64,000 nucleotides of DNA from an uncultured bacterium. Lineage in GTDB: Bacteria > Bacteroidota > Rhodothermia > Rhodothermales > UBA10348. The stretch spans positions 10,147-74,146 of the forward strand of contig CALIKL010000009.1 in the NCBI GenBank assembly GCA_938018055.1, given 5' to 3'. The notes beneath the pieces are model-generated. The model was not told the DNA's origin. It did not search any database and was given only the letters and a program-made list of their open reading frames with translations. The translations under genes and the position numbers were made by a program. This document shows positions 9,785-19,194 of the stretch, piece after piece. Position 1 is the first letter of the stretch. Every line of letters begins with the position of its first letter.

Positions 9785-11035
9785 ATGACCGTATATGGAA
9801 TGAAAAGTGCGGCCGTGCCGACAGCCGTAAAACGCGGGTTGGCCATCGCAGCCTGTTGCTTGATGGTGCTTCCTGTAGCAGCCCAGCGCCAAATAGTCGG
9901 CGTGATCGGCATGCCACCAGTTCGGTTTGGAGCCCTCGCTGCCGGTGACTACGATCGCGATGGTGACGATGATGTCTTCCTGACCGGGGAGCTGGACAAT
10001 GGCGAAGTACATGCTGCCCTGTATCGCTATGTGGAGCGACGTGTCACGCCGATCCCGAACAGCAACCCCAAGATCGATGCCATTTATCAGCGTGTCGACT
10101 TCCCCAAGCGTGACCTCAAAGGTGGGTCCGTCGTCTGGCGGGATCTGAACAATGATGGCGCGCTGGATATCCTTGTGACGGGATTGGCTGTTGAAGAAGC
10201 CACCACGACGACCGTGATTTATCGACCGGCCACCGATATCTACATCAACGGTGGCGGTACGTTTTTTATCAACGGATCCTCCGGACTTCCGGGCGTGCAT
10301 CGAAGTCGTGCCGATGCGGCTGACTTCAACGGCGACGGATTGATGGATGTCGTTCTTGGTGGAGAGTCAGACGATGGTCTTGTCATGGGCGTCTGGCTCG
10401 GAAATGGTAGTGGTGGCTTTTCGCCAGGACCAACCACCTTCGAACCCCTGGCCCTTACCTCGCTCGACATCTCGGATATGGACAGCGATGGGGACATGGA
10501 CTTCATCGTAGGCGGCTTCACCGAATCCGGCAAGCCCGCTGTTCGGCTCTTCCGTAATGATGGCAATGCACAGTTCTCCAGGATCGAAGGAGGATTTCCA
10601 GAGCTATACTTCCCCAGTACAGCTTTCGGAGATATCGATTTTGACAATGATGCGGATATCATCATTGCCGGCGGTCAGCTGGCCCCCACCATCCTTCGTG
10701 GTGAAAGCTATGTCTTTCGCAACAATGCTGGTTCGTTTGACGGCTCCCGATCGGGGCTGACCGGACTGTTCGGTGGCGGCTCGATTTTCCGTGACATGGA
10801 TGGTGACACGGACCTCGATTTTGTCACCTGGGGGCAATCGGATCTGAGCGATCCCGAGTCGCAACGTCTTCAGGTATTCGAGAACATCGACCTGAGCTTC
10901 TTGCAAATAGCCGATCTGCGCGGCGTCCTGTTCGGCAGCCTGGACTGGTTCGATTCAGACGGCAATGGTCGGCTTGATATCCTGATCACTGGCGATCAGG
11001 AAGGCTCTCTGGTGAGCACGCTCTACGAATTCTAG
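9785..11035 (+). CDS. FG-GAP/VCBS-repeat protein (no T9SS tail)
   Basis: It starts 4 nt after the previous stop. Signal-like N-terminus GLAIAACCLMVLPVAAQ. Repeats GDYDRDGDDDVFL, DLNNDGALDILV, DFNGDGLMDVVL, DMDSDGDMDFIV, DIDFDNDADIII, DMDGDTDLDFV and DSDGNGRLDILI. Confidence 0.8.
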   Translation: MTVYGMKSAAVPTAVKRGLAIAACCLMVLPVAAQRQIVGVIGMPPVRFGALAAGDYDRDGDDDVFLTGELDNGEVHAALYRYVERRVTPIPNSNPKIDAIYQRVDFPKRDLKGGSVVWRDLNNDGALDILVTGLAVEEATTTTVIYRPATDIYINGGGTFFINGSSGLPGVHRSRADAADFNGDGLMDVVLGGESDDGLVMGVWLGNGSGGFSPGPTTFEPLALTSLDISDMDSDGDMDFIVGGFTESGKPAVRLFRNDGNAQFSRIEGGFPELYFPSTAFGDIDFDNDADIIIAGGQLAPTILRGESYVFRNNAGSFDGSRSGLTGLFGGGSIFRDMDGDTDLDFVTWGQSDLSDPESQRLQVFENIDLSFLQIADLRGVLFGSLDWFDSDGNGRLDILITGDQEGSLVSTLYEF

Positions 11036-11116
11036 TCCATAGGACTGGACAGTGCTGAATGGCCTTGGTCTGTTTGCAGGGATGAGCCCGGCCGAGGATC
11101 AGCCACGGGTGGTCTC

Positions 11117-12034
11117 CTATCCCACGGGTACCATCGTCAGCCAACCGTACGGATCGTTGCCACGGTGTACGATATCGAAATAGGCGGTCTGCATCCGTTC
11201 GGTAATTTCACCACGACGTCCCTTGCCGATCACGTGATGATCGATGGTGCGGACCGGTGTGACCTCAGCCGCGGTTCCAGTGAAAAAGACCTCATCGGCG
11301 ATGTAGAGCGCCTCACGCGGGATCAGGCCCTCGCGCACCTCGAGCCCCATGTCCTTGGCCATGCGAACAATGCTGCTGCGCGTGATACCCGGGAGAATGG
11401 AGGTGGCAACCGGGGCCGTGTACAGGACGCCATCCTTGACCACAAAGATGTTCTCACCCGAGCCTTCTGCCACATGGCCGTCGACGCTTAGCATGATGCC
11501 TTCGGTGAAGCCACTCAGAACCGCATCCATCTTCACCAGACCGGCATTCAAATAGTTACCGCCAGCCTTCGCCATGGACGGAAAGGTGTTGGGTGCCATA
11601 CGATTCCAGGAAGCGACATGTACGTCGACACCCTGTTCCAGGGCTTCCGGTCCCAGATAAGCTCCCCACTCCCAGACCGCAATAATGGTATGTACCGGAT
11701 TATTGTACGGGTTCACTCCCATGGGCCCCATGGCACGATAAGAGAGTGGTCTGATGTAGCAGGCTTCCAGGCCAGAGCGGACGATCGTGTCGATCACCGC
11801 CTGCTCGAGCTCCTCCCGCGTATAACCGAGATCCATCCGATAGATGCGAGCAGAGTCAATCTGGCGCTGCATGTGCTCGGGATGGCGAAAAATGGCTGAT
11901 CCCTTGTCCGTTTTGTAGCACCGGATTCCTTCGAAAACGGACGTGCCATAATGCATCGCGTGGGTCAGAACGTGGACGTTCGCGTCGTCGAACGGGACAA
12001 ACTCGCCGTTCATCCAAATATCAGCCTTGGTCAT
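11117..12034 (-). CDS. ilvE: Branched-chain amino acid aminotransferase (class IV)
   Basis: MTKADIWMNGEFVPFDDANVHVLTHAMHYGTSVFEGIRCY, GGNYLNAGLVKMDA, GITRSSI and EVFFTGTAAEVTPV are classic IlvE motifs. The start was trimmed to ATG 12034; the track ORF extends to 12109. Confidence 0.9.
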   Translation of the reverse strand: MTKADIWMNGEFVPFDDANVHVLTHAMHYGTSVFEGIRCYKTDKGSAIFRHPEHMQRQIDSARIYRMDLGYTREELEQAVIDTIVRSGLEACYIRPLSYRAMGPMGVNPYNNPVHTIIAVWEWGAYLGPEALEQGVDVHVASWNRMAPNTFPSMAKAGGNYLNAGLVKMDAVLSGFTEGIMLSVDGHVAEGSGENIFVVKDGVLYTAPVATSILPGITRSSIVRMAKDMGLEVREGLIPREALYIADEVFFTGTAAEVTPVRTIDHHVIGKGRRGEITERMQTAYFDIVHRGNDPYGWLTMVPVG

Positions 12035-12125
12035 GTATCCGCAGATTTGGGTGGGGAAATAACGGTGCTCCGGACAGGCCGGATGGTGCCAGGAACGGGA
12101 CCCTGTCACAAGAATCAGAATACTG

Positions 12126-12159
12126 AACGCGGCGCGGAAATGTTCATTTCCGCGCCGCG
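12126..12159 (-). terminator. Perfect 15-bp stem / 4-nt loop hairpin downstream of the receptor/DUF4249 operon
   Basis: ACGCGGCGCGGAAAT-GTTC-ATTTCCGCGCCGCGT is fully self-complementary. It lies 36 nt after the stop at 12195 on the minus strand and upstream of ilvE. The following U-tract is weak, so terminator function is inferred. Confidence 0.5.
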
Positions 12160-12194
12160 TCAGATGGTGAATCCTGTATGGTTTCGTAAGCCGA

Positions 12195-13109
12195 CTAGCG
12201 GGCCTGCTTACCTGGATAGGTGTAGCCGATCAGCTGCGTAATGTTGGGCTCAAGAGTCCATTCGTACGTGTACTGGTTTACTGATCCGAAGAAGCCAAAA
12301 CCGGCGTCAATGTTCGAAAACGTTCCAGGCTGTACGAGGACTTCCGGATCGAATACGCCGTCTGGAGGACGCCAGGAATCGCTTGTCATCGTCAAGCGCA
12401 TTCCCACGGACATCAGGAAGGGAGCTGCATCATCGGAAACCCCTAATGCCTTGGTTACCTCTTCCTTGTCATCGGTCAACCTGACCAGCACCTCCCATTT
12501 GTTGCCTTGAACCACCTGACCGTAAAGATCTCCCACGTTGCCATAAGGGATTACAGCATCGAGAAAAGGCTGTCCGGGAGAAGCATTGAGAAAACGGTAC
12601 CAAACCTCGACGCGGAAAGGCGGGAAGTCTACGTTGTCCCAACGGATCTTCTGAAATACCGCCGCAACCGAAATCGTCGGCTCATCCAGCTCCACACCAC
12701 CAACGACCGGAATGGTCGTGGTGGCTTCGGCGCGCTTCCCATCCTCGCGGGCCACCGTCAGATTGTACGTCCAGCCCGGGATGGGGCGGAAATTGGAAAC
12801 GAACACGTGCCCTGACGATCCATCATCGAATGTGATCAGGGAATCGCGCCAGGCAATCGTGCGTCCGGTTTCCTGCTCGACCGTGGTCACGTTAGCATCG
12901 ATCTGGCCGGCTTCGAGCGCGGCAAAGTCGGTGCGCAGCGGGATGACTCGGAGGTACTGTTCGTCGGTGGCCGTATCCAGGTAGCCGAAGACCGTGAAGT
13001 AGCGATCTTCTTCAACAAACGGATTGACGGTATCCTCGCAGCCCGTCCACAGCGTAACCGCTGCCATCATGGCAACAAGCAATGGAATCGTTTTGAATCG
13101 AGATCGCAT
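12195..13109 (-). CDS. DUF4249-like lipoprotein, partner of the upstream TonB-dependent receptor
   Basis: Lipoprotein signal MRSRFKTIPLLVAMMAAVTLWTGC when started at ATG 13109. The longest ORF starts at 13178 with an ATGA overlap on the receptor stop. It is paralogous to 15613..16452 (shared FGYLD, LRV/IRLE, TYNLTV/RYRLTA, GGxGFFGSVN). The DUF4249 assignment is from memory of the family architecture. Confidence 0.7.
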   Translation of the reverse strand: MRSRFKTIPLLVAMMAAVTLWTGCEDTVNPFVEEDRYFTVFGYLDTATDEQYLRVIPLRTDFAALEAGQIDANVTTVEQETGRTIAWRDSLITFDDGSSGHVFVSNFRPIPGWTYNLTVAREDGKRAEATTTIPVVGGVELDEPTISVAAVFQKIRWDNVDFPPFRVEVWYRFLNASPGQPFLDAVIPYGNVGDLYGQVVQGNKWEVLVRLTDDKEEVTKALGVSDDAAPFLMSVGMRLTMTSDSWRPPDGVFDPEVLVQPGTFSNIDAGFGFFGSVNQYTYEWTLEPNITQLIGYTYPGKQAR

Positions 13110-13174
13110 GGATCGGGGTGATTGAGAACGGGTCACGTTAAGGGCGTGTGGCGTGGGGCGTTTCGTGGTGTCCA

Positions 13175-15484
13175 TCATTTGTACTCCAGTTTCAAACCCA
13201 CAGTTGGAATCAGCGGCAGCTGATCCACGCGACGCAGCGTGAACAGATCGAGGTAGAACAGGTTGCGACGATCATAGGCATTCAAGAGTCCCGTCTGGAC
13301 GGTCAAGAACGTAGTTGGACCTACGCGGAATTCGCGATCCATGGAGAGATCCAGACGATGATACGTCGGGAGACGTCCTGTGTACGGACGTCCGTAGAGT
13401 ACGCGTTCTTCGCCCGGTACTTCGGTCACGGCAACTAGAGAATCGAGCATCACGAAGCGATCGAATCCGAGTGATTCATTGAATGGCAAACCAGATCCGA
13501 ACTGCCAGCGGGCAGACAGATTGAAGCCTTTCACCGTGCCATTGATCATCACATTGAACTGGTCCTTTCGGTCATGCGGTGGAGCGTAGGCGACGGCATC
13601 ATCTCCCGTGAGAAGCTGCAGGGCACGAGCGGTGGTCTCGTACTCCACTTCGGAGCGTCCCCAGCTGACTGTAGCCTGAAATTTATCGCTGCTTCCCACT
13701 TCCATGCGCAGATCAAAGCCCTGGGCGGTACCGTCGGCAATCTGGACATTGGTTGTAAAGCGGGGAAATGCTGTCCACTCGGGCACGTTCAGATTGGTAA
13801 GGCCCTTGTAGAATCCTTCCGCGGAAAGACGGACCCAGCGAGCCGGCTCGATACGATATCCGGCAATCAAGTGACGCGCCTCGGGAATCGTTCCAAATGG
13901 CGACGCCGTCCAAGCAGTGAAAATGTCACCCGCATCGCGACGGTCATTGAGGCCCGTGATCTCCTGGTGGTAAATCCCACCTGCCGCTGACAAGCGGTGA
14001 ATGCCGGTATTCCATACAATTCGGAGACGCGGCTCGATGAAGGACTCGCCTTTGGAAGGGAAGGACTGCAAACGAACCCCTGGCTGGATGTTGAGCCCTT
14101 CCGTTGGCTTGAATTCGGGTTCGAAATAGGCCCCTACTTCCGTGATGAATTCCTTTTTGAGCTGCACGTTCTGGAAGAGGCCCCCCAAATTGGCATCCAG
14201 CTGGGAGGAGCTCAGGAATATTCCCCAGTTGAAATTGTTGGGGCCAACGTAGTGCGTGACATTGGCCTGAAAGAGGAAGATGCTCGCCTCGGTGGAGCGC
14301 TCCGGGTCACCGGGAGGACCAAATTCGTTGGACAGCGATGAATAGCTGGAGACAATTTCAGCAAAGACAGGCAAGGTAGCTGGAAGGAACAGGAAGCGGG
14401 TCCCAAAGGCCATGTTTTCCCAGTTCACCTCATCCTGCGTGATACCGTCTGCGTCTTCATTGAGTGGATTTATTCCCAGACGACCAGAGTCTGTCGTGCG
14501 GATTCCGGAGACGGAAAGCTGTGCGCTGGACCCGAGATTGGCGTGGATCTTGGCGAAGGCGTCATCAAACTGGAATGGCAATGGCTCGTCAATCAGCTTT
14601 GCGGCACCCTGCTCAATCACGGAGCGACGATAGGAACCGAGGAACGACACCTTTCCCGGAACAATCGGACCTTCGAGACGCACGGAGCTCACGAACGGAG
14701 CTATGGTCGCCGCACCCACTGCGCGACGTTTGTTACCCGTTCGTGCCGTGATATCGATTACAGAGGAGAGTCGGCCACCGAATTTGCCACCATATCCACC
14801 CGCGTAAACGTCCGCCGTGTTGATGATGTCAGAAGGAAAGGCTGAAAAGAAACCCACCACGTGGAATGGCTGGAATATCTGCATTCCATCCAGCAGTACG
14901 AGGTTCTGGGTAGGCTCTCCACCACGAATGAAAAGCTGCCCCCCACGATCACCCTGCGAGACGACACCCGGAAGAGCCGTGAGGTAATTGACCAGGTCAG
15001 CTGAAATGTCTGGCGCTGGAACGAGGGAAATGTCGGCCGGTCGTACGGTTTGCAAGCCAGCAGTTACGTTCGCTGCACCCGCCGTTTCGCGCGCACCTTC
15101 GACCACGACTTCGCCCAGCTCCGTTTCCTCAACAGCCATTTCGATCTGAATGGTCTGGATTTCTCCATCGACCACCGTCACGTCCTGAGTGAACTCCTGG
15201 AAGCCGATGAACGATGCGCGAAGCTGGTAGGCACCCACTGGAACACGGGAAATGCCAAAGAAGCCATCCGTGTCCGACGCGTTCCCGAACAGATCCCCGG
15301 CCGCATTGGTCAGGATGACGTTTACTCCCGGCAGGGGCTGTCCATCAGCTGCATCGGTGACGAATCCGCGGATGGTTCCTGTCTGTGCGACGGCAGGGAC
15401 GGCCCAGAGCAGAAGAAGGAGAAAAATGCGGGCCGAAGCCGGCACTCGGAAGGGGCTGTGCAAGAGACTTGGGGTGTGGATCAC
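13175..15484 (-). CDS. TonB-dependent receptor with N-terminal CarboxypepD_reg-like domain
   Basis: Signal peptide IFLLLLLWAVPAVAQ. CarboxypepD_reg motif GTIRGFVTDAADGQPLPGVNVIL. Plug motifs (GDRGGQLFIRGGEPTQNLVLLDGMQIFQPFH) followed by a long beta-barrel region. Confidence 0.9.
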   Translation of the reverse strand: MIHTPSLLHSPFRVPASARIFLLLLLWAVPAVAQTGTIRGFVTDAADGQPLPGVNVILTNAAGDLFGNASDTDGFFGISRVPVGAYQLRASFIGFQEFTQDVTVVDGEIQTIQIEMAVEETELGEVVVEGARETAGAANVTAGLQTVRPADISLVPAPDISADLVNYLTALPGVVSQGDRGGQLFIRGGEPTQNLVLLDGMQIFQPFHVVGFFSAFPSDIINTADVYAGGYGGKFGGRLSSVIDITARTGNKRRAVGAATIAPFVSSVRLEGPIVPGKVSFLGSYRRSVIEQGAAKLIDEPLPFQFDDAFAKIHANLGSSAQLSVSGIRTTDSGRLGINPLNEDADGITQDEVNWENMAFGTRFLFLPATLPVFAEIVSSYSSLSNEFGPPGDPERSTEASIFLFQANVTHYVGPNNFNWGIFLSSSQLDANLGGLFQNVQLKKEFITEVGAYFEPEFKPTEGLNIQPGVRLQSFPSKGESFIEPRLRIVWNTGIHRLSAAGGIYHQEITGLNDRRDAGDIFTAWTASPFGTIPEARHLIAGYRIEPARWVRLSAEGFYKGLTNLNVPEWTAFPRFTTNVQIADGTAQGFDLRMEVGSSDKFQATVSWGRSEVEYETTARALQLLTGDDAVAYAPPHDRKDQFNVMINGTVKGFNLSARWQFGSGLPFNESLGFDRFVMLDSLVAVTEVPGEERVLYGRPYTGRLPTYHRLDLSMDREFRVGPTTFLTVQTGLLNAYDRRNLFYLDLFTLRRVDQLPLIPTVGLKLEYK

Positions 15485-15612
15485 GAAAGCCGAAAAGGTA
15501 CGGCGTGAGGTACAGAGAAAGTAGGCGCAATCACGGTAATTCCTTGAACTTCAGCAGATGACAGCGGTCCAAAGATAGAACGTAGACGTCTTCTACCGGG
15601 TATTCATTCCAC

Positions 15613-16452
15613 CTACTGAGCATTGATCCAGCCTAAGGTCTCGACGCTTTGCTCGTCGAGGATCCAGGAATAGGAATAGCGGCCCACGGAGGCGAAGAAT
15701 CCGAGGCCACCGAGCAGGTTGGAGGAGTCCACATCCCCCCATTCAGGACTCGGAAGATCAAAGGTCAACTCAACCCGCACCAGCTGAACACCGGGTTCAT
15801 CGAAGTCTCGACCCAGCGCGTTCATCACGACGAATCGATCCGCGTAGTAGGTCACGTCAAAAATGAGCTCGGTGACTGGTTGCTGAACAAGAGGGCCATA
15901 CGGAACAGCAATCGTCAGCGGTTCTGGCTGGTCAGGGTCGATTACCGTGAACGAAACGGTCACCCGTTCTGGAACGCCGTACATGTCCCGCAGAATGACC
16001 GTCTGAGCCAGGGAGTTTTCATCCCCCCGGGCAAGATCGATCCACAATCCGGGAGCAGCCGGCACGTCCGTGATGGCCTCAGCCAATACGACATCATCGC
16101 GCGTGGCCGTCAATCGATATCGCGTGCCCGCCGCCGGCGCGAAATCGGCCACGTACAGGGAGACTGGTTTCCCCGCATCATCGGTCCCCGTCGAGTCTCG
16201 CCATTCAACGAACGTACCCGAGCCAACAGCAATACTCCTTACCCGTACGTTTTCGAGGTCATCCTCCTGGTTCAGAATAGTCGATCGCAGCGCTTCAAGC
16301 CGAATGACTTGGGTAGCGGCACGCATATCCAGAAAACCATACAGCGCAACGGTATCCTCACGATCAGCGGATATGGGCTCGACCATGTTGTCGCACCCGG
16401 CCAGAACAAGAACGGTGAGAGACAGGGCTATGGTGGGAAAAAGGCGCTTCAT
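15613..16452 (-). CDS. DUF4249-like lipoprotein (paralog 2)
   Basis: Lipoprotein signal MKRLFPTIALSLTVLVLAGC. The start overlaps the receptor stop in ATGA (16449..16452). Colinear similarity to 12195..13109. Confidence 0.75.
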   Translation of the reverse strand: MKRLFPTIALSLTVLVLAGCDNMVEPISADREDTVALYGFLDMRAATQVIRLEALRSTILNQEDDLENVRVRSIAVGSGTFVEWRDSTGTDDAGKPVSLYVADFAPAAGTRYRLTATRDDVVLAEAITDVPAAPGLWIDLARGDENSLAQTVILRDMYGVPERVTVSFTVIDPDQPEPLTIAVPYGPLVQQPVTELIFDVTYYADRFVVMNALGRDFDEPGVQLVRVELTFDLPSPEWGDVDSSNLLGGLGFFASVGRYSYSWILDEQSVETLGWINAQ

Positions 16453-18746
16453 CTCATATCAACCCGAACCCCGAGGGATGGAATCAAGGGTAGTTGATCA
16501 ACCCGGTTTCCCGTGAAGATATTGTACTCGAATATGTTGGCCCGATCGTAGGCATTGATCACGCCAGCCTGCAGCGTCAGATCAGCTTGCGAGAAGAGCA
16601 CCTTGTGCTCTACAGAGATATCCAGTCGATGATAGGTCGGCATGCGACCACCATAGGGCTGCGAACGGGACACCAGGGTCGTGCCCACATCGGTCAGGAA
16701 ATCAGACGACGCAGCCATGCCGATGTCAAGCCCTGTGTAGTACCCATTTACCTGGGTAAACGGCAGTCCCGAACCAAATTGCCACCGGCCACCGAGCGAC
16801 CAGGCACCGGCGGTCAGACGCAGTGTTGCCCCAACTTGATGGCGCCGGTCATGGGGAGGATTGAATTCCAGGCGAGGAAGCTGGACGGAGCGACCGGTAC
16901 CAGCCAGAAAGATGGCCCGTGAAAGCTGCGGAGGGCGCACGTAGTTGACTTCAGAGTGGCCGTAGGTTGCAGAAAAATAGACGCGTCGGGTCGTGATTTC
17001 TGCTTTGAAGTCCACGCCTTCTGCGCGCCCATTCACGTTGGAAAATTCAGCCAGTACCCCCACCTCGTCCGCAAACGCAGGAAACGACAGGTCGGACAGT
17101 TGTTTGCGATACCCTTCGACGGAAAGCTCCAGCCACCGCAGAGGACGCATCTGCCATCCCGCGATATAGTGTACCGCGCGGGGCACGGGCGTGCCTCGCG
17201 GCGAGGCCGTCCAGACGGTGAATACATCCGATACGTCCTGCTCATTATTCAGGCCAACAATCTGTTGGTGATACCTTCCCCAAGCCAGACTGAAACGGTG
17301 GCGACTACCCGTACCAAAAGGCAAGAACTGAAGACGAAGACGTGGCGCAATCGTACGGCGCAAACCCCGTGAAAACGCTTCGATTCGAACGCCTGGTTCG
17401 ACTTGCAGATACTCACTTGATACGATTCGTCCTTCAAAGAAGGCCCCACCACTACTGACTCCGGTATTGATATCACTACGACCGCGGCCAAAGCTGAAAT
17501 CAAAGAAATTGGTGTTTCCGAAGATGCCAAAGTTGATCTGATTCGCACCCAGCAGGTAGGTGAAGCCGATGTTCAAGGAGAACTCCGATACATCCGCGTC
17601 CCGCACATCTTCCGCCGTCTGACGATACCGACTCTCCAGGGAAGAGTAGTAGACGGAAAACTCGGACATCACTGCTGCATCTTCCGGGATATAGAGGTAC
17701 CGCGCCCCGTAGGCCTCATTCTTCCACGTGGAGCGTCGAATATCAGCAGAAAGGTCAGATGGGTCACCGGAGCGCAGATTCCCAGTATCCGATGTACGCA
17801 ACGCCGTCAGCGTCACGCTGGAGGTCTGGTTCAGAAAGGCATGGAATTTGGCAAATCGATCTCCGAATCGGAAAGGGAGCTCTTCGCCGAGAATCTCGGG
17901 TGCGATTCTGTCGATGATGGACTCCCTAGCTGAGACGATCAGAGAGGCCTCGTTCTTGAGAATAGGCACTTCCACTCGCAGCCCGCTGACAAACGGTGCC
18001 ACGGAAGCCGATCCTGTCACGCGCTCTTTGCTGCCGTTGCGCGTCTTGATATCAATCACAGATGAAATTCGCCCGCCATAACGCGCGTTGAAGCCCCCTG
18101 CGTAGACGTCCGTCGTCGCTATGATATCCGCCGGAAAGGCGCTGTAGAATCCCACTACGTGGAATGGCTGAAAAATGCGCATTCCGTCCAGAAGTACGAG
18201 GTTCTGAGTGGGCGTACCGCCACGCACGAACAGCTGCCCTCCTCGATCACCTGTGGCTACGACACCGGGCAACGTCAATAGGTACCCCGCCAGATCGTAC
18301 GTCACATCCGGCATGGGAACGCGAGCCAGGTCGCTGGGACGAATGGTTTCCAGGCCTGCGGCATACCGCTCGTAATTCTCCCGCTGTGACTCTACAACCA
18401 GCTCTTCCAGCAGTGTTTGCGTGGGAGTCAAGAGGAGATCCAAAGGAGCGTCTACAGGAACATGCACGGTGTCTCGGGTAACCTCGTACCCAACAAATGA
18501 CGCCTCCAGCACATACTGACCCGCCAGAATGTCGTCAAAGACGAAAACGCCGGCACCATCGGCAATCTGCCCGGCAACTCGCTGCCCTCCTTGAATCAGC
18601 AGCACAGTCGCTCCTGGTAGCCCATCCCTCGTTTCAGCATCCAGAATCCTCCCCTGCAGCGCCTGCCCCTGGGCGAGGGCCGACGGATACAGCGCAACAA
18701 GGGCCAGAGATAGAATCCAGCCGCGTATGAATGCCCGGGAGGTCAC
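16449..18746 (-). CDS. TonB-dependent receptor with CarboxypepD_reg-like domain (paralog 2)
   Basis: Signal ILSLALVALYPSALAQ. LQGRILDAETRDGLPGATVLL. GDRGGQLFVRGGTPTQNLVLLDGMRIFQPFHVVGFYSAFPADII is nearly identical to the paralog at 13175..15484. Confidence 0.9.
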   Translation of the reverse strand: MTSRAFIRGWILSLALVALYPSALAQGQALQGRILDAETRDGLPGATVLLIQGGQRVAGQIADGAGVFVFDDILAGQYVLEASFVGYEVTRDTVHVPVDAPLDLLLTPTQTLLEELVVESQRENYERYAAGLETIRPSDLARVPMPDVTYDLAGYLLTLPGVVATGDRGGQLFVRGGTPTQNLVLLDGMRIFQPFHVVGFYSAFPADIIATTDVYAGGFNARYGGRISSVIDIKTRNGSKERVTGSASVAPFVSGLRVEVPILKNEASLIVSARESIIDRIAPEILGEELPFRFGDRFAKFHAFLNQTSSVTLTALRTSDTGNLRSGDPSDLSADIRRSTWKNEAYGARYLYIPEDAAVMSEFSVYYSSLESRYRQTAEDVRDADVSEFSLNIGFTYLLGANQINFGIFGNTNFFDFSFGRGRSDINTGVSSGGAFFEGRIVSSEYLQVEPGVRIEAFSRGLRRTIAPRLRLQFLPFGTGSRHRFSLAWGRYHQQIVGLNNEQDVSDVFTVWTASPRGTPVPRAVHYIAGWQMRPLRWLELSVEGYRKQLSDLSFPAFADEVGVLAEFSNVNGRAEGVDFKAEITTRRVYFSATYGHSEVNYVRPPQLSRAIFLAGTGRSVQLPRLEFNPPHDRRHQVGATLRLTAGAWSLGGRWQFGSGLPFTQVNGYYTGLDIGMAASSDFLTDVGTTLVSRSQPYGGRMPTYHRLDISVEHKVLFSQADLTLQAGVINAYDRANIFEYNIFTGNRVDQLPLIPSLGVRVDMR

Positions 18747-18941
18747 GAATGGGTGGGGTTTGATGGGAGGAGAAACAGGCAGTACGCCGATGCAGCGTTG
18801 AGGATCACCTGAATCTGGGTGTAAACGAAATCAAGACAATTTTGAGCGGCTGAGAACCGGAAACCGACCGATGGGTAAATTCCGCTTGCTGAGTAGCCGA
18901 GATACGGCACTATTCGGTCAATCGAACGTGGTTCTGAGTCC

Positions 18942-19187
18942 ATGAAAAAGCGCGCCCGCTTCTATTTGCTGCTGATCATCGGATTGTTTCTGGCTGTTGT
19001 ATTCGTCGATTCGCTGGGCACCTTTGATTCTCGGCCATACTTCGAAGTGCCACACGGCAGTCACACCCACTACGTTCCCAAGGACTGTGACCCTCCGCTG
19101 ACGCCGGGAGACGCACCTACGCGCGAACCCGGTCCGGGAGAGATGATCACCTGCGAAGGACAAATAGTCGCATTGGCTACACCTTGA
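18942..19187 (+). CDS. Small membrane-anchored protein with a single Pht-like histidine-triad motif
   Basis: 81 aa. N-terminal anchor MKKRARFYLLLIIGLFLAVVFV, then EVPHGSHTHYVPKD, which fits the HxxHxH triad (HGDHYHYIPK-type) of streptococcal Pht zinc-binding proteins. It is divergent from the receptor operon. Coding status is not independently supported. Confidence 0.5.
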   Translation: MKKRARFYLLLIIGLFLAVVFVDSLGTFDSRPYFEVPHGSHTHYVPKDCDPPLTPGDAPTREPGPGEMITCEGQIVALATP

Positions 19188-19194
19188 TCCAGGA

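Noticed and set aside
15649-16497. 282-aa plus-strand ORF
   Set aside because: It is antisense to the DUF4249-like lipoprotein gene. That gene has a clean lipoprotein signal, a paralog and an ATGA coupling to the receptor.
18747-18941. Possible riboswitch (TPP or other) in the leader of the second receptor operon
   Set aside because: I read the minus strand for TPP (CUGAGA...ACCUGAUCUGGAUAAUGCCAGCG), cobalamin and other common cores. Only a short chance resemblance (AUUCAGGUGAUCC) was found.
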